Source of the DNA: Fonticula alba ATCC 38817
Lineage: Eukaryota; Protista; Nucleariida
Length of the DNA stretch: 6,740 bases
Assembly (NCBI GenBank): GCA_000388065.2
Contig: KB932205.1
Strand: one strand, 5' to 3'
The translations under genes were made by a program, and so were the position numbers. Below the pieces are notes generated by a model. The model had not been told where the DNA came from and searched no databases. It saw only the letters and a program-made list of their open reading frames with translations. This document shows, in pieces, positions 6,652 through 6,740 of this stretch; within the stretch, counting starts at the first letter, position 1, and the number at the start of each line of letters is the position of its first letter.

Positions 6652-6740
6652 GTGCGCCGCGCGCCTGTTCGGCCCTTTGCGACACGCCGCTTGCTGACGC
6701 CCGCACCGTCGGGTCCGCGCTGATTTTTGTCCCCCCCCCC
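6652..6740 (+). other. Intron 3, 3'-truncated by the window (phase 1)
   Basis: Donor G|GTGCGC at 6652, branch-like GCTGAC 6693-6698, pyrimidine tract TTTTTGTCCCCCCCCCC at the window end. The acceptor is not visible. Confidence 0.7.

Noticed and set aside
16-6706. Remaining short and medium ORFs on both strands (e.g. 3179..4663 +, 3247..4872 -, 5054..6706 -, 496..1251 -)
   Set aside because: They overlap the real gene in other frames, are Arg/Pro/Gly/Ala-rich without motifs, and are expected from stop scarcity at this GC content.

Overview
The window is eukaryotic genomic DNA of roughly 70-75% GC (by eye). It holds most of one large intron-containing gene on the + strand, and the supplied ORF track misses most of it. 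Its main reading frame (codon starts at multiples of 3) is open from 1926 to the window edge and has no stop inside the window. My model, from hand translation: exon 1 502-1861, intron 1862-2091, exon 2 2092-6369, intron 6370-6489, exon 3 6490-6651, and intron 3 from 6652 past the edge. This encodes at least 1933 aa of a type I single-pass membrane protein. In order it has a signal peptide, a ~360-aa Cys-poor domain, a 14-Cys furin-like linker, a ~470-aa Cys-poor domain, ~18 furin-like (FU / growth-factor-receptor Cys-rich) repeats with 140 Cys, a Gly/Leu TM helix, an RRRRK stop-transfer motif and the start of a cytoplasmic region. The GC level, poly-C/CT introns, GTGCG donors, CTGAC branch sites and receptor architecture remind me of the amoeboid opisthokont Fonticula alba and its Cys-rich receptor/TKL-kinase family. 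That is recollection and inference, not a database result, and no kinase domain is visible in the window. I found no RNA genes, mobile elements or CRISPR arrays.
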